Under the pieces are notes generated by a model. That model saw only the letters and a program-made list of their open reading frames with translations. It did not search any database and was not told the origin of the DNA. From NCBI GenBank assembly GCA_950097015.1, contig CATNEN010000039.1, positions 7,316,001 through 7,380,000 of the forward strand: a stretch of 64,000 nucleotides of DNA, written 5' to 3'. The stretch comes from Macrostomum hystrix (taxonomy: Eukaryota > Animalia > Platyhelminthes). The translations under genes and the position numbers were made by a program. The number at the start of each line of letters is the position of its first letter. Position 1 is the stretch's first letter. Shown piece by piece: positions 48,975 to 61,200 of this stretch.

Positions 48975-50060
48975 CCTGTAGATCTACTAATAGTATTGGT
49001 CTACTAATCTACTATTAATACAGGCTACTATAGGCTACCAGACCATACCCTAATTGCAACCCCATGTTTCATATATTCAATTTACTTTTTGCATATTTGG
49101 TAGTTGAGAAAAAACTAGCTATGTCTAAACATTCATTAGGGCATATGTTACCTATTTAGATCTAGAAAAATCTTGGATTCATTCTATCTCTAGCCATAAT
49201 AGCACAGCCATATAAAAAACATGCAAACAAGTTAATCCAGTTTAAAAGAAAATTTAAATATTTGTCTCTGCATTAGCTAGCTTTTGGCAATGGCTAGCCT
49301 AATACAAATATATTATTGGCTTAACTATGTAACTTATTCTTTTCGACTTCTATGACAAGTATTTTAGGGCTATGTGAGATTTTAATAGTTAAGCACTTAC
49401 TTTTCTTTTTTAGTCAGTTGGGTAAATTTTATCTCCTTAAATTCTTGAGAAAGCAAAGAGCTATAGCTTGTTAGTTGACAATCTCTTACATATTTTTAGG
49501 TTTATGTGAAAGTAGCTATGTATAGTTCATAAAATGTTTATGAATGATAAAAATGCCATTTTATCTTGGCCTAGTAAATTTTACAAGATTTTAAGTATAT
49601 TATTTAATTTATTTGTAGTGTAGCCTATATCTATCTTTAATACATCTCTAATCTCATCTGTCTCATCTCTCCCCTGTCTCATCTCTCCCCTGTCTCATAT
49701 CTCCCCTGATTCATGTCTCCCCTGTTTCATCTCTCCCCTGTTTCATCTCTCCCCTGTCTCATCTCTCTTGTGTCTCATCTCATCTCCTACCTGTCTTACC
49801 TCTTCCCTGTCTTGCTCTGCGGTGTCTGAAGAATGAAAAATTAATAAGAGTGTAATAATTAAGAGTCATCGCATTATTATTTCAAATAAATCTCCAGTAA
49901 AATCAGTGGACAAATTAAAATTTGACGAGCTACAAAATTTCACATTTCATCAAGCATGAATGGGCATTCAGATGAACTGGCAGAAGATCAGCAGCAGCAA
50001 GATGAAGGTGCAGCTATCCAGTCCAGAGTCCCTGCCGCCCTGATGCCACAAGGCTAGCAA
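48975..50060 (+). pseudogene. Truncated duplicate of the PDXDC1 upstream region and first ~35 codons (copy of 53695-55316)
   Basis: Near-identical sequence including ATGAATGGGCATTCAGATGAA at 49956; 2-bp deletion at ~50047; ends abruptly. Confidence 0.92.
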
Positions 50061-50185
50061 CAATTGTTTATTGTTGTTATTGTTTATTATTTATTAGCAA
50101 TTGTTTGGTAGTGTAATTTAAATTTATATTATCTCCAGATTACCTCCATTCCATTCCAGGCATATATTCTAGTTAGCTAATAAGC

Positions 50186-50620
50186 ATGCCAATGAAGTGC
50201 TGTGTGCCAGAGTGCACTAGCAACCATTCTTCTAGGGAGAAGGCACCATTTATGGCTTTCCTCAGGATGATGAAAATTGCCAGCTTTGGTTTGATGTATT
50301 GCCTATTGAATTGTGAAGGTGGGTACTCTTGTGATTTCTTTGTCTCCATTTCAAAAGTAAACTACTATAGTTTACTTCATAAATCACACTAACTCTCCAG
50401 AGTCCATCTAAGTTCACTGGGATTTGTGCCAAGCGCTGACAAATTAATGCAGCACTTCGAAAAGTTAAACGCTTCTGGAGGCCAATTGATCCATCAAGCG
50501 ACAGGCTGGTTGCTTATGTGGCAGGTGTTGGTTTTTTGGTCGCCAGCATGCACAATAATGCTGTACTCTAGCTGCTTTCCAGACAACATCAAGCAGAGGT
50601 TGACCTGCTTTTGCTGCCTT
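50186..50620 (+). pseudogene. Decayed THAP/P-element transposase fragments
   Basis: MPMKCCVPECTSN, then frameshifted IYGFPQDDENCQLWFDVLP (THAP), and DPSSDRLVAYVAG (P-transposase C-terminal-like motif). Confidence 0.6.
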
Positions 50621-51017
50621 CAAGATCGGCAACAGTGATTCTGAGTTAATTGATTGCCCATTGGCTGACACTTGTTCTCCCTGCCTTCAAGATCGGCAAC
50701 AGTGATTCTGAGTTTATTGATTGCCCATTGGCTGACACTTGTTCTCCCTGCCTTCAAGATCGGCAGCAGTGATTCTGAGTTAATTGATTGCCCATTGGCT
50801 GACACTTGTTCTCCCTGCCTTCAAGATCGGCAGCAGTGATTCTGAGTTAATTGATTGCCCATTGGCTGACACTTGTTCTCCCTGCCTTCAAGATCGGCAG
50901 CAGTGATTCTGAGTTAATTGATTGCCCATTGGCTGACACTTGTTCTCCCTGCCTTCAAGATCGGCAACAGTGATTCTGAGTTAATTGATTGCCCATTGGC
51001 TGACACTTGTTCTCCAG
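50614..51017. repeat. 67-bp tandem repeat x6
   Basis: Period of 67 (50614 to 50681). Confidence 0.95.
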
Positions 51018-51809
51018 ACTACCAGTGCAGCTTTTATATTTGAAATTGTGTGTATATTCATATAAAAATCGTTAAAAAATATAACCATTTTGTATCCAAA
51101 ATGTGACCATATCGAAAATACTTATTGTTTGTGCTTAAAAAAAATTGTTTGCTTTTAAAGACTTGGACCTGGCAAAACAGATAAAACGTACAGGCAGGGG
51201 TAGGAGGCACTTTTGTCTAGAGAAATTTAGTAAAAAGGCCAATGAACACATCGGCTGTGTCACCGGAAATTGTAAACAGAAAATGCACACTTGACACATT
51301 GGCTGCGCCACTGGAAACATGTAAACCGTTAAAGCACACATGATGACGCTTAGTTGCTTGAATTGAGCTTCCGCAGTCTAGGTGCACTGACATTAGGTTG
51401 TCTATCAGTCTCGCCGCACTAAACCCTTAAAAAACCAATCTTCTTGAGATGCAGCAAAGCAGATCAGGTTCAATGACCATGTCCATATGAAGGCTTCATA
51501 AACGACGGAAATGATTGTACACAATGGTTAACGCAGTGCGAGATAGTGCTGCAGAAGAACGAGAGCAGTAGAACGAAAGAACCAGCATGTGAGAGATACA
51601 ATTCAGACTACTGACAACAGTATAAAAGCAAATACTTGGCTGCAAAACTCTCACATAACACTAAAAAATATCGCCATAAAAATGGCAAGCTTAAAGGAGA
51701 CTTCTGTGCACACTAAGAGTGGTGGGAGAGGACTGCGTGTGGCTCTGGCTGACTGACGAAGGTAAACAAGCCAGAAACCGGTCTCGGTCTGCCAGCGCGA
51801 GGTTCGTTC

Positions 51810-52000
51810 CCCACTTTTAGTGTGTTACACAGCAGCCATTCTGGAGGATGCCTCAGCTGACCTCGGGATAGCAGTGTCGCAAATTCGCTTGAATCAGCAG
51901 CATCGGCTACATCTGGGGCCTCGCTGTCCATGGGCGAATTCTCCAAATAAACAATGGAGCTTAATGTTGTGCATGCTCTGCCAATTACCTCTGCCAACAA
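51810..52000 (-). pseudogene. P-element transposase C-terminal fragment
   Basis: FATLLSRGQLRHPPEWL resembles the SRGGL..P motif of THAP9/P transposase C-termini. Confidence 0.5.
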
Positions 52001-54364
52001 GTGCTCACAATGGGCAATCGAATTTGGTCGAGTGTACTAAAATGCATTGGAAGTGTACTTAGCCTGGCTCAGTGTGGGAGAGAAGTACTTAGTATTAGAG
52101 TAGACTAGCAAGTTTAGCCCTCCCTAGGGAGCACAAACGGCTATATTTTAAAATGTTTGAATTGTGTCTTTAGTTCGCTGTTTGTTGTTCAGCCACTACT
52201 TTAACAACAGCCCAGTATAATATACGCCTCGATCAACCTTAATTACCGAATTCCCCTTTGTTGGTAAATTACCCAATACTACCCACCTAAAAATTGGCTA
52301 TTTGCTTTTGCCTGCTTCTGCCAGGAGACTGGGAGGCGAGAGAAAAGTGTAGAAGACGGGGTAACAAGGAAACGCACAGGGAAAATGAGAGGTCAAACTC
52401 CGAGTGGGCGCAAATGAGGAAAAAAGAGGGACAAACGTAATAGGTTACTGGGGAAGGTGGGCAAGGAAGGCTGACGGGGAGCAGGCCGGGAAAAAAACGG
52501 AAGAAAATCTCATCGCAAAATCCTAAAATAGAAAAAAAACTTAAGGAGAAAAACTCTCAAAAGTTCCCGTTCTCACCCACTCAAGATAGTGAGTCGTCTC
52601 ACCAGACCCCACAAGTATAAAATAAGTCCGGCGGGCAAATGTCGACGACGGGCAGACGTCGGCGGGTAAAGTAGATGACCCCATTTGACTCTATGTGATT
52701 CAGCAGCTTCACTCCAAACAATAAATGCAATTATGACTGACACAGTCTCATCGATCGACGTCAAGATTATACTGATTTGAAACTCTTAAGGCCGAACGGT
52801 TTGCATTCTTAATTCGTGTGCCAAATCAAGAGATTTTGCTGAAATTAAAGCCACACACGATTGTTGTTAAAAGCAAAAAATAGATGTTTAGAAAAGTATT
52901 TTAGTTTTGAAAACACATAAAAAAATAACTGCAATTGATGATACCTGTCTAGTGATATTTTTCATTTAAGAAAATTTTAAGTGCCTAACACAAGCCTGTT
53001 TTAAGTGATTTGCGGTGTTACGATGTTGTGATATTATTGCGAATAAATAAAGAAATTGACTTAAGCTGTAATAAAGCGACTACAGACTAAGTATGACTTA
53101 ATTTTGTTCATTATTTTGTGAGTTAAAGCAGCTTCAAATTTGTATTTGCTCTGTGAGACTGGCACACACTGAGTTCTATGTTGTGGTGGCTTGGCAGCAA
53201 TTGAAATATAATAAAAATGCATTTTTCTAAACCCTAGCTGAATCTCGATTGTCGTATCATCGTATGTGTATGCGTAAGGGTAACTTTATTATCAGTGAAG
53301 GGGATCGGGAATAAATATGCAGGCAAGGAATATTGTTCTTCTACGCGCACCACTTCGAAATCGGTTTAAATATCAGAGCGTTTAAGTTAATCAACAGCAT
53401 ACCTTTCTTGGCTTTATCTTTTCAGATTTTTTTCAGAATTTATCTTGCCGACTTGCTATGTCAGTGCGGGATTCAAGTGGATTCAATGTGTAGCTTTTTA
53501 AGCTGATAGGGCCTACAGATGTTTTTTTGTACAATAAAGCTAGCTTGCTATTTTCCTTGCTCACTGTTAAGAGGCATACTGTCGATGTTTTAGTTTTTTA
53601 TATAATGCAAATAAAAAATTAAATTAAATAGGGGGCCTATTCTATATTTATACTTACTTATATTTTAAATTCTACAATACCTGTGCCCTGTGGGCCTGTA
53701 TGTCTACTAATAGTATTGGTCTACTAATCTACTATTAATACAGGCTACTATAGGCTACCAGACCATACCCTAATTGCAACCCCATGTTTCATATATTCAA
53801 TTTACTTTTTGCATATTTGGTAGTTGAGAAAAAACTAGCTATGTCTAAACATTCATTAGGGCATATGTTACCTATTTAGATCTAGAAAAATCTTGGATTC
53901 ATTATATCTCTAGCCATAATAGCACAGCCATATAAAAAACATGCAAACAAGTTAATCCAGTTTAAAAGAAAATTTAAAAATTTGTCTCTTCATTAGGGGG
54001 CCTAGCTAGCTTTTGCCAATGGCTAATACAAATATATTATTGGCTTAACTATGTAACTTATTCTTTTCGACTTCTATGGCAAGTATTTTAGGGCTATGTG
54101 AGATTTTAATAGTTAAGCACTTACTTTTCTTTTTTAGTCAGTAGGGTAAATTTTATCTCCTTAAATTCTTGAGAAAGCAAAGAGCTATAGCTTGTTAGTT
54201 GACAATCTCTTACATATTTTTAGGTTTATGTGAAAGTAGCTATGTATAGTTCATAAAATGTTTTGAATGATAAAAATGCCATTTTTGGCCTAGTAAATTG
54301 TACTAGATTTTAAGTATATTTATTTAATTTATTTGTAGTGTATCTATCTTTAATACACCTCTAA

Positions 54365-55070
54365 TCTTATCTGTCTCATCTCTCCCCTGTCTCGTCTCTC
54401 CCCTGTCTCATCTCTCCCCTGTCTCGTCTCTCCCCTGTCTCATCTCTCCCCTGTCTCGTCTCTCCCCTGTCTCATCTCTCTCCTGTCTCATCTCTCCCCT
54501 GATTCATGTCTTCCCTGTTTCATCTCTCCCCTGTCTCATCTCTCCCCTGTCTTGTCTCTCCCCTGTTTCATCTCTCCCCTGTCTCATCTCTTCCATGTCT
54601 CATCTCTCCCCTGTCTCATCTCTCCCCTGTCTCATTTCGTCTCCTACCTGTCTTACCTCTTCCCTGTCTCATCTCTCCCCTGTCTTGTCTCTCCCCTGTT
54701 TCATCTCTCCCCTGTCCCATATCTCCCCTGATTCATGTCTCCCCTGTTTCATCTCTCCCCTGTCTCATCTCTCCCCTGTCTCATCTCTCCCCTGTCTCAT
54801 TTCGTCTCCTACCTGTCTTACCTCTTCCCTGTCTCATCTCTCCCCTGTCTCATCTCTCCCCTGTCTCATTTCGTCTCCTACCTGTCTTACCTCTTCCCTG
54901 TCTCATCTCTCCCCTGTCTTGTCTCTCCCCTGTTTCATCTCTCCCCTGTCCCATATCTCCCCTGATTCATGTCTCCCCTGTTTCATCTCTCCCCTGTTTC
55001 ATCTCTCCCCTGTCTCATCTCTCTTGTGTCTCATCTCATCTCCTACCTGTCTTACCTCTTCCCTGTCTTG
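54365..55070. repeat. 16-bp CT-rich minisatellite (TCTCTCCCCTGTCTCA)n with higher-order blocks
   Basis: Tandem copies; the orthologous array in the duplicate is much shorter (49655-49815). Confidence 0.93.
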
Positions 55071-55209
55071 CTCTGCGGTGTCTGAAGAATGAAAAATTAA
55101 TAAGAGTGTAATAATTAAGAGTCGTCGCATTATTATTTCAAATAAATCTCCAGTAAAATTAGGACCAATTAAAATTCGACGAGCTACAAAATTTCAGATT
55201 TCAGCAAGC

Positions 55210-58200
55210 ATGAATGGGCATTCAGATGAACTGGCAGAAGATCAGCAGCAGCAAGATGAAGGTGCAGCTATCCAGTCCAGAGTCCCTGCCGCCCTGATGC
55301 CACACAAGGCTAGCAAAGCCATTCAAACTGGGGAAGACAGCGCAGAGAAAAAGCGCTCAAGTCATCCGCTGAGCTTCCTTGACGCTGATCCGCAGGCGAT
55401 GCTGCAGAATTATCCCAATCCGGCCATGGACAAGATGTTCAAGGATCTGGAGCGCACACTCATGGAGTCCACTAAGGGCATTGACGAGATGAACAAGCGG
55501 ATGGAGCAGGAGCGCAAGGACCAGGAGAGAGCCAGGGACACCGCTCACGTGCCAGCAGCTTTGAAGAGCACCGGCCGCAGCTTGGACAGCCTGCTGGAGG
55601 ACCTGTGCTCCGGCCTGTTCGACGCCAACGGCAGCGGCAGGCGGCCCAAGCTTCGCCAGCTGGACCAGCGGGCTCAGGCTGTGCTGTGCTGCCAGAGCAT
55701 CGCCGCCTGGTTGTCTAGCTCCGGCGGCTGCGTGAAGTTTGCTAAGCGATTGCAGGTAGGTTTATTTCTTAGACTCCTAGGCCTGAAGTTTCTAGGTTTA
55801 TTTCTTAGACTCCTAAGCCTGAAGTTTCTAGGTTTATTTCTTAGACTCCTAGGCCTGAAGTTTCTAGGTTTATTTTTTAGACTCCTAGGCCTGAAGTTTC
55901 TATGTTTATTTCTTAGACTCCTAAGCCTGAAGTTTCTAGGTTTATTTTTTAGACTCCTAGGCCTGAAGTTTCTAGGTTTATTTTTTAGACTCCTAGGCCT
56001 GAAGTTTCTAGGTTTATTTCTTAGAAAACTAGGCCTGAAGTTTCTAGGTTTATTTCTTAGACTCCTAGACCTGAAGTTTCTAGGTTTATTTCTTAGACTC
56101 CTAGACCTGAAGTTACCAGGTTTATTTCTTAGAAAACTAGGCCTGAAGTTTCCAGGTTTATTTCTTTGACACTTAGGCCTGAAGTTTCTAGGTTTATTTC
56201 TTAGAAAACTAGTCCTGACGGTTCTAGGTTTATTTCTTATAAAACTACGCCTGAAGTTTCTAGATTTATTTCTTAGACTCCTAGGCCTGAAGTTTCTAGG
56301 TTTATTTCCTAAATTACTCGGTCTGAATGTTGTAGGTTTAGTTATTAGATTCCTTGGCCCGAGTTTTTTTAGATTTCCTAGAATCGTAGGCCTAAAGTTT
56401 CTAGGTTTATTTCTTAGAAAACTAGGCCTGAAATTTCTAGATTTACTTTCTTAGGCTCGTTGGTCGTTGGTTAATTTGAAGGTTTCTGAGCTAGAATTCA
56501 TTAAACTCAACTTGTGAGAATTTTCGCTAAATTCTCACTTACCCAAATTGCAGGCGGATCTGTCTGATTGGATACCGAAAGTCTGGCGGCTTGGCGGAGG
56601 CGAGCTGGCCTTCCACATGGACAAGCGGGACAGTCTGGTGCTGGCCTGTCGCCGAGCACTGCTCAGCCGGTTTCCCACCCTGCTTGAGTCCGGCTTTGAG
56701 TGCCTGTTTAGCAAGCCTCCAGTGATCTACCTGCACCCCACAGCAACCAGGACACTACTGGACTACCTGGCCTGCCAGCTCTGCTTGCCCAGAACTTGCT
56801 TTCGAGTTGTAAGCTGTGGCTTCAACTGTATTCTCTTCTTATCCACTAGTATGATCCCATTCTGGGGTGAAGGGCAGTGCGGTTTAACGCGTTCGCCTCT
56901 CGCGCCAAGGTCCCTGAGCTCGATTCCGTGGCGAGGCCACATTTATTTGGGGCGCAGCCGCGGAGAGAAGGCTTGGGGGTTTGTCGTGCAATTTACGCCC
57001 TTGAGGGCCAACCTCCAAGGCATAGTGGAAGTGCACTCTGCCTGACGATGAGAAAGTCAGGGCAGATGAACACACCTGTGTTAGCGCATGCTCAGGAGTC
57101 AGCGTAACGGGCAGAATTGCCTCCTCGCTGTCTTCAGGTCTAATGTCACCAAATGATGTGCCATTGGCCACAGCCCTCCTGCAATAGTTATTATTATTAT
57201 TATCCCATTCTCAAGCCCAATACTCTCAAATACAAAAATCCTAATACTTCGGAGTACTGAAAACATGTCCCACTAATCCCTACTCTATTATCCCAATCGA
57301 AATACTGAAATCCCAATACACTCCTCTAATCTCTCCTCCATTCGCCAAACTAACAGTTGCCAGCCAGCGCACACAACCCAGAATGCATCGACCATGCGGA
57401 GCTGCTGCGCATCGTCGATGCCGACGCCGGCGAAGGTCGAACGCCGCTGTTTGTCCACGCTATGTGCGGCACGAGAGCTACCGGCTCCTACGACAGGCTG
57501 GGTCGCATCGCCACCGTGTGCCGGCAGCACAGGATCTGGCTGCACGTGCAGGGCTTCAAGCTGGCCCAGCTGGCATTGAACTCGGTGCCAACCAGCCTCA
57601 GGCCGCTGCTAGGAGGCTCCTCGGCTGTGTCGTCATGCCTGATGGAGTTCGACCACTGGCTGGGCTATCCTGGCCTGGTCAGCGCCACTGTACTGCGCCT
57701 GGCCCGTGACGGTGCTCCGCTGCATCAGGTGCAGACTCCCGTGATTGGCTGGACTTATTGGCTTTTGATTGGCTAGCTCGAATAGAAACAAATTAACGGA
57801 TCGTGTTCCATAGACACTACTCAGTAGTATTCTCCAGGATATTTTTTCCTCCAGATCATCTTCCAGAGTTGATTTATTCTCAGAGGAGAATAAATGGTAG
57901 GGCCGCCCTGCCCGCCCACACAGAAAAAACCAATACATTCCTAACAACAGCTAACAATGCTGGCTCCCTGTTTACAGCTGGGGTGAACGAAAATTCCATC
58001 CCTGATCCTCTTTTTCATCCCAGATCCTCTATTTTCATCCCAGATCCTTTATCTTCATCCCAGATCGTCTTTTTCATCCCAGACCCTCCATATTCATCCC
58101 AGATCCTCTATTTTCATCCCAGACCTTCTATATTCATCCCAGATCCTCTATTTTCATCCCAGATCCTCTATTTTCATCCCAGACCTTCTATATTCATCCG

Positions 58201-61200
58201 AGATCCTCTATTTTCATCCCAGATCCTCTATTTTCATCCCAGATCCTTTATCTTCATCCCAGATCCTCTATTTTCATCCCAGATCCTCTATATTCATCCC
58301 AGATATTTTATCTTCATCCCAGATCATTTATCTTCATCCCAGATCCTCTTTCTCATCCCAGATCCTTTATCTTCATCCCAGATCCTCTATTTTCATCCCA
58401 GATCCTCCATATTCATCCCAGATCCTCTATATTCATCCCAGATCCTTTATCTTCATCCCAGATCCTCCATATTCATTCCAGATCCTCTATATTCATCCCA
58501 GATCCTTTATCTTCATCCCAGATTCTCTATTTTCATCCCAGATCCTCTATCTTCATCCCAGATCCTCTATTTTCATCCCAGATCCTCTATATTCATCCCT
58601 GATCCTCTATTTTCATCCTAGATTCTCTATTTTCATCCCTGATAATGTTTCCCGTCATTTTAGGCATCCGGTGAGGGTGCTTCGTCAGCGGCATCGAAAG
58701 CCAAGATTAGCGCTAGGCAGCAGGCGGCTTCGGCGGCATCTGAAGCGGCAGCCGAAGAGGCTGATTCAGCCGATGCCGAAAGCGAAGAAGACTTGGTGGC
58801 GTCGGAGGCTGTGCTGCCCGCCAATCAGCCGCAGCCGCTGCCACCGCCGGCGGATATTCGCTGCCTGTCCTACCAGCCGATGTGCCTCCTGCCGCTGTGG
58901 TTCGCCTTGCAGGCCGCCGGTTTCGACAATATTCAGGCGAGAGTCCGCAGCGCCGAGCAGACGGTCAAAGCGATGCTGGCCGCGTTGAAGACTTTGCCGG
59001 ATATTGAAGTGCTGGAACTGCCTTCCCTGTCTGACGACGATCTAGCAGACATCAAAGCCAACAGCAACCTGCTTGGCCAGCTTTTGAGCTTTCTAATTGA
59101 TTTTGAATTCGCGCCAACTGTTCTGCTATTTCGGTATTGTCCTCCGGAGCAGCGCCAGCACAAGCCGGTAGATTGCCAGGCGGCCGCTCCGGCCACCTCA
59201 AAGACGAAATCTGCTGCGAAAGGCGGCAGCAAGCCTGTTCGCGCTCCCTACGCTGTCTATGGCAAAAACAGCCCAGCGGGCGAGCAGAGCGAAGTTGTTG
59301 GAGAGACCGCAGAATCGGCCAGTCAGCCGACAGTTGAAGAGGCTCAGCGAGAACAGGAAGAGGTGCGGCTTTAAACCCAAAATTATCCTCAAATATTTTG
59401 TCGTCTCCCCAATTGAATATACACGTTGGTAGGCTTTAAGCCGATTAAGGGCGGACCATTTTTCTTTTTTTTCTGTATCTGCCAACATATTCAACCAATC
59501 ACCATGAAAATTCAGAACACTGGCTAAACTTTTCCGTTCCATCCGATGAGAAAACTTCCAGAATAAAAGAACATCGGCATCGTCGAGATATTCAACGATT
59601 CTCGTCGAAGTGTCTGGTGGCAAAGAAACAAATTTAGGAAAAAATATTCTGCTTACAAAATTTCATCATGTAAAATTGTTGTCTACTATTGTTAAATATT
59701 TAGGATTAATTCAATTGCTACTTTTTTTAACCAATGTGAATAATGTGTATATTCCCCAGGGGGGGATATAGCGTGGTCTTTCTCCAGGGGGGGGGTATAG
59801 CGCGGTCTTTCCCCAGGGGGGGATATAGCGTGGTCTTTCCCCAGGGGGGATATAGCGTGGTCTTTCCCCAGGGGGGGTATAGCGCGGTCTTTCCCCAGGG
59901 GGGATATAGCGCGGTCTTTCCCCACGGGGGATATTGCGCGGTCTTTCCCCAAGGGGGATGTAGCGTGGTCTTTCCCCAGGGGGATATAGCGTGGTCTTTC
60001 CCCAGAGGGGATATAGCGCGGTCTTTCTATTGTCTATCCAAGCGAAACCATTTTGTCCAAACTCAAACTCAAGCGGCTGGTGCTCGTGTAGTGCTCTATT
60101 TTTTGGGCTTTCGGGTATCTCTCATTTATAGCCAATCTGAACCCTCCCCAGCTCTGCCATTGGCTGAGGCTTTTAAAGCTCTCTCATTGGCTGGGATGAA
60201 TTCGCGGACGGAAATTCCGCATGTGTGCCACAAGAACGGTGGAAAAACCGTGGAAATACCGGCCAATGGCTTCTCTAGCACAAACACTAGCAGACATCCT
60301 TAGCGCCAAGCCTTAAGTTAATTAACTAGATAGGACTAAGCTAGGCCATAAAGCGGCTATAGCTAACTTGTCAAGCAGACAAACCTGGTATCTAGTGACT
60401 CACTTATACAATATATTTTATCATGTAGCACGCACATGCACAGCCAGAACATAGCAATACGCAAAGGTTTAACAAGCTAGTGCACTACAATCAGCGAATC
60501 CAAAAAGCCAAACTTGGCAAAAAATTACATCCAAAAAAGACGTCCCTAAAATTTTCAATATTTTTTTCTTTTTTTCACCACAAAAATTGTAAAGATTATC
60601 AACCAGGAAATCCCAACTCGATTCCCCGCAAATCTCACCGCAGATTCGGCAGCAGGAGCTGACTGAGCGCCGGCTGCTCGGCGAGAACCGCTGGCTGACG
60701 GACAGCCTTCGCTCAGCCCTGCCGCATCTGCAGTCGCTGTCGGTCGCCCAGCTGCCATCAGCTTCATCAGCTGCAGGATGCGGCTTTCGCTACTGCATCC
60801 GCTTCTGTCCGTTCGAGACCGCGGCGGACTGGCTGCCGGAGCACGTCGACGGCCTCTCCGAGGAGCTGGAAAACTCGCTGCGCCTGCTGGATTCGACCCG
60901 GCGAGCCAGGACTGAGTTCCTCAGGCTTGCCGGCTGCTCCGAGGGCCGCCTCCAGTACATCGACATGCCCGACTGGCCCGGACTGGGCGGCCTGCGCTAC
61001 AAGCTCAGAGCCGAGGATTTCGGCGACGAGGCCGACGTGGCAGAGACGCCGAATGGACACGACGACGGGGATCAGAAGGTTGGCCTTCCCTAGTCTGGCC
61101 ATCGCGTATATTCCAAGATCCACAGTTCAGATCCCAAAATTTTCCCAGATCCTTAAATCTTTCCAGATCCCCAAATCCTTCCATATCCCAAAATCTTTCC

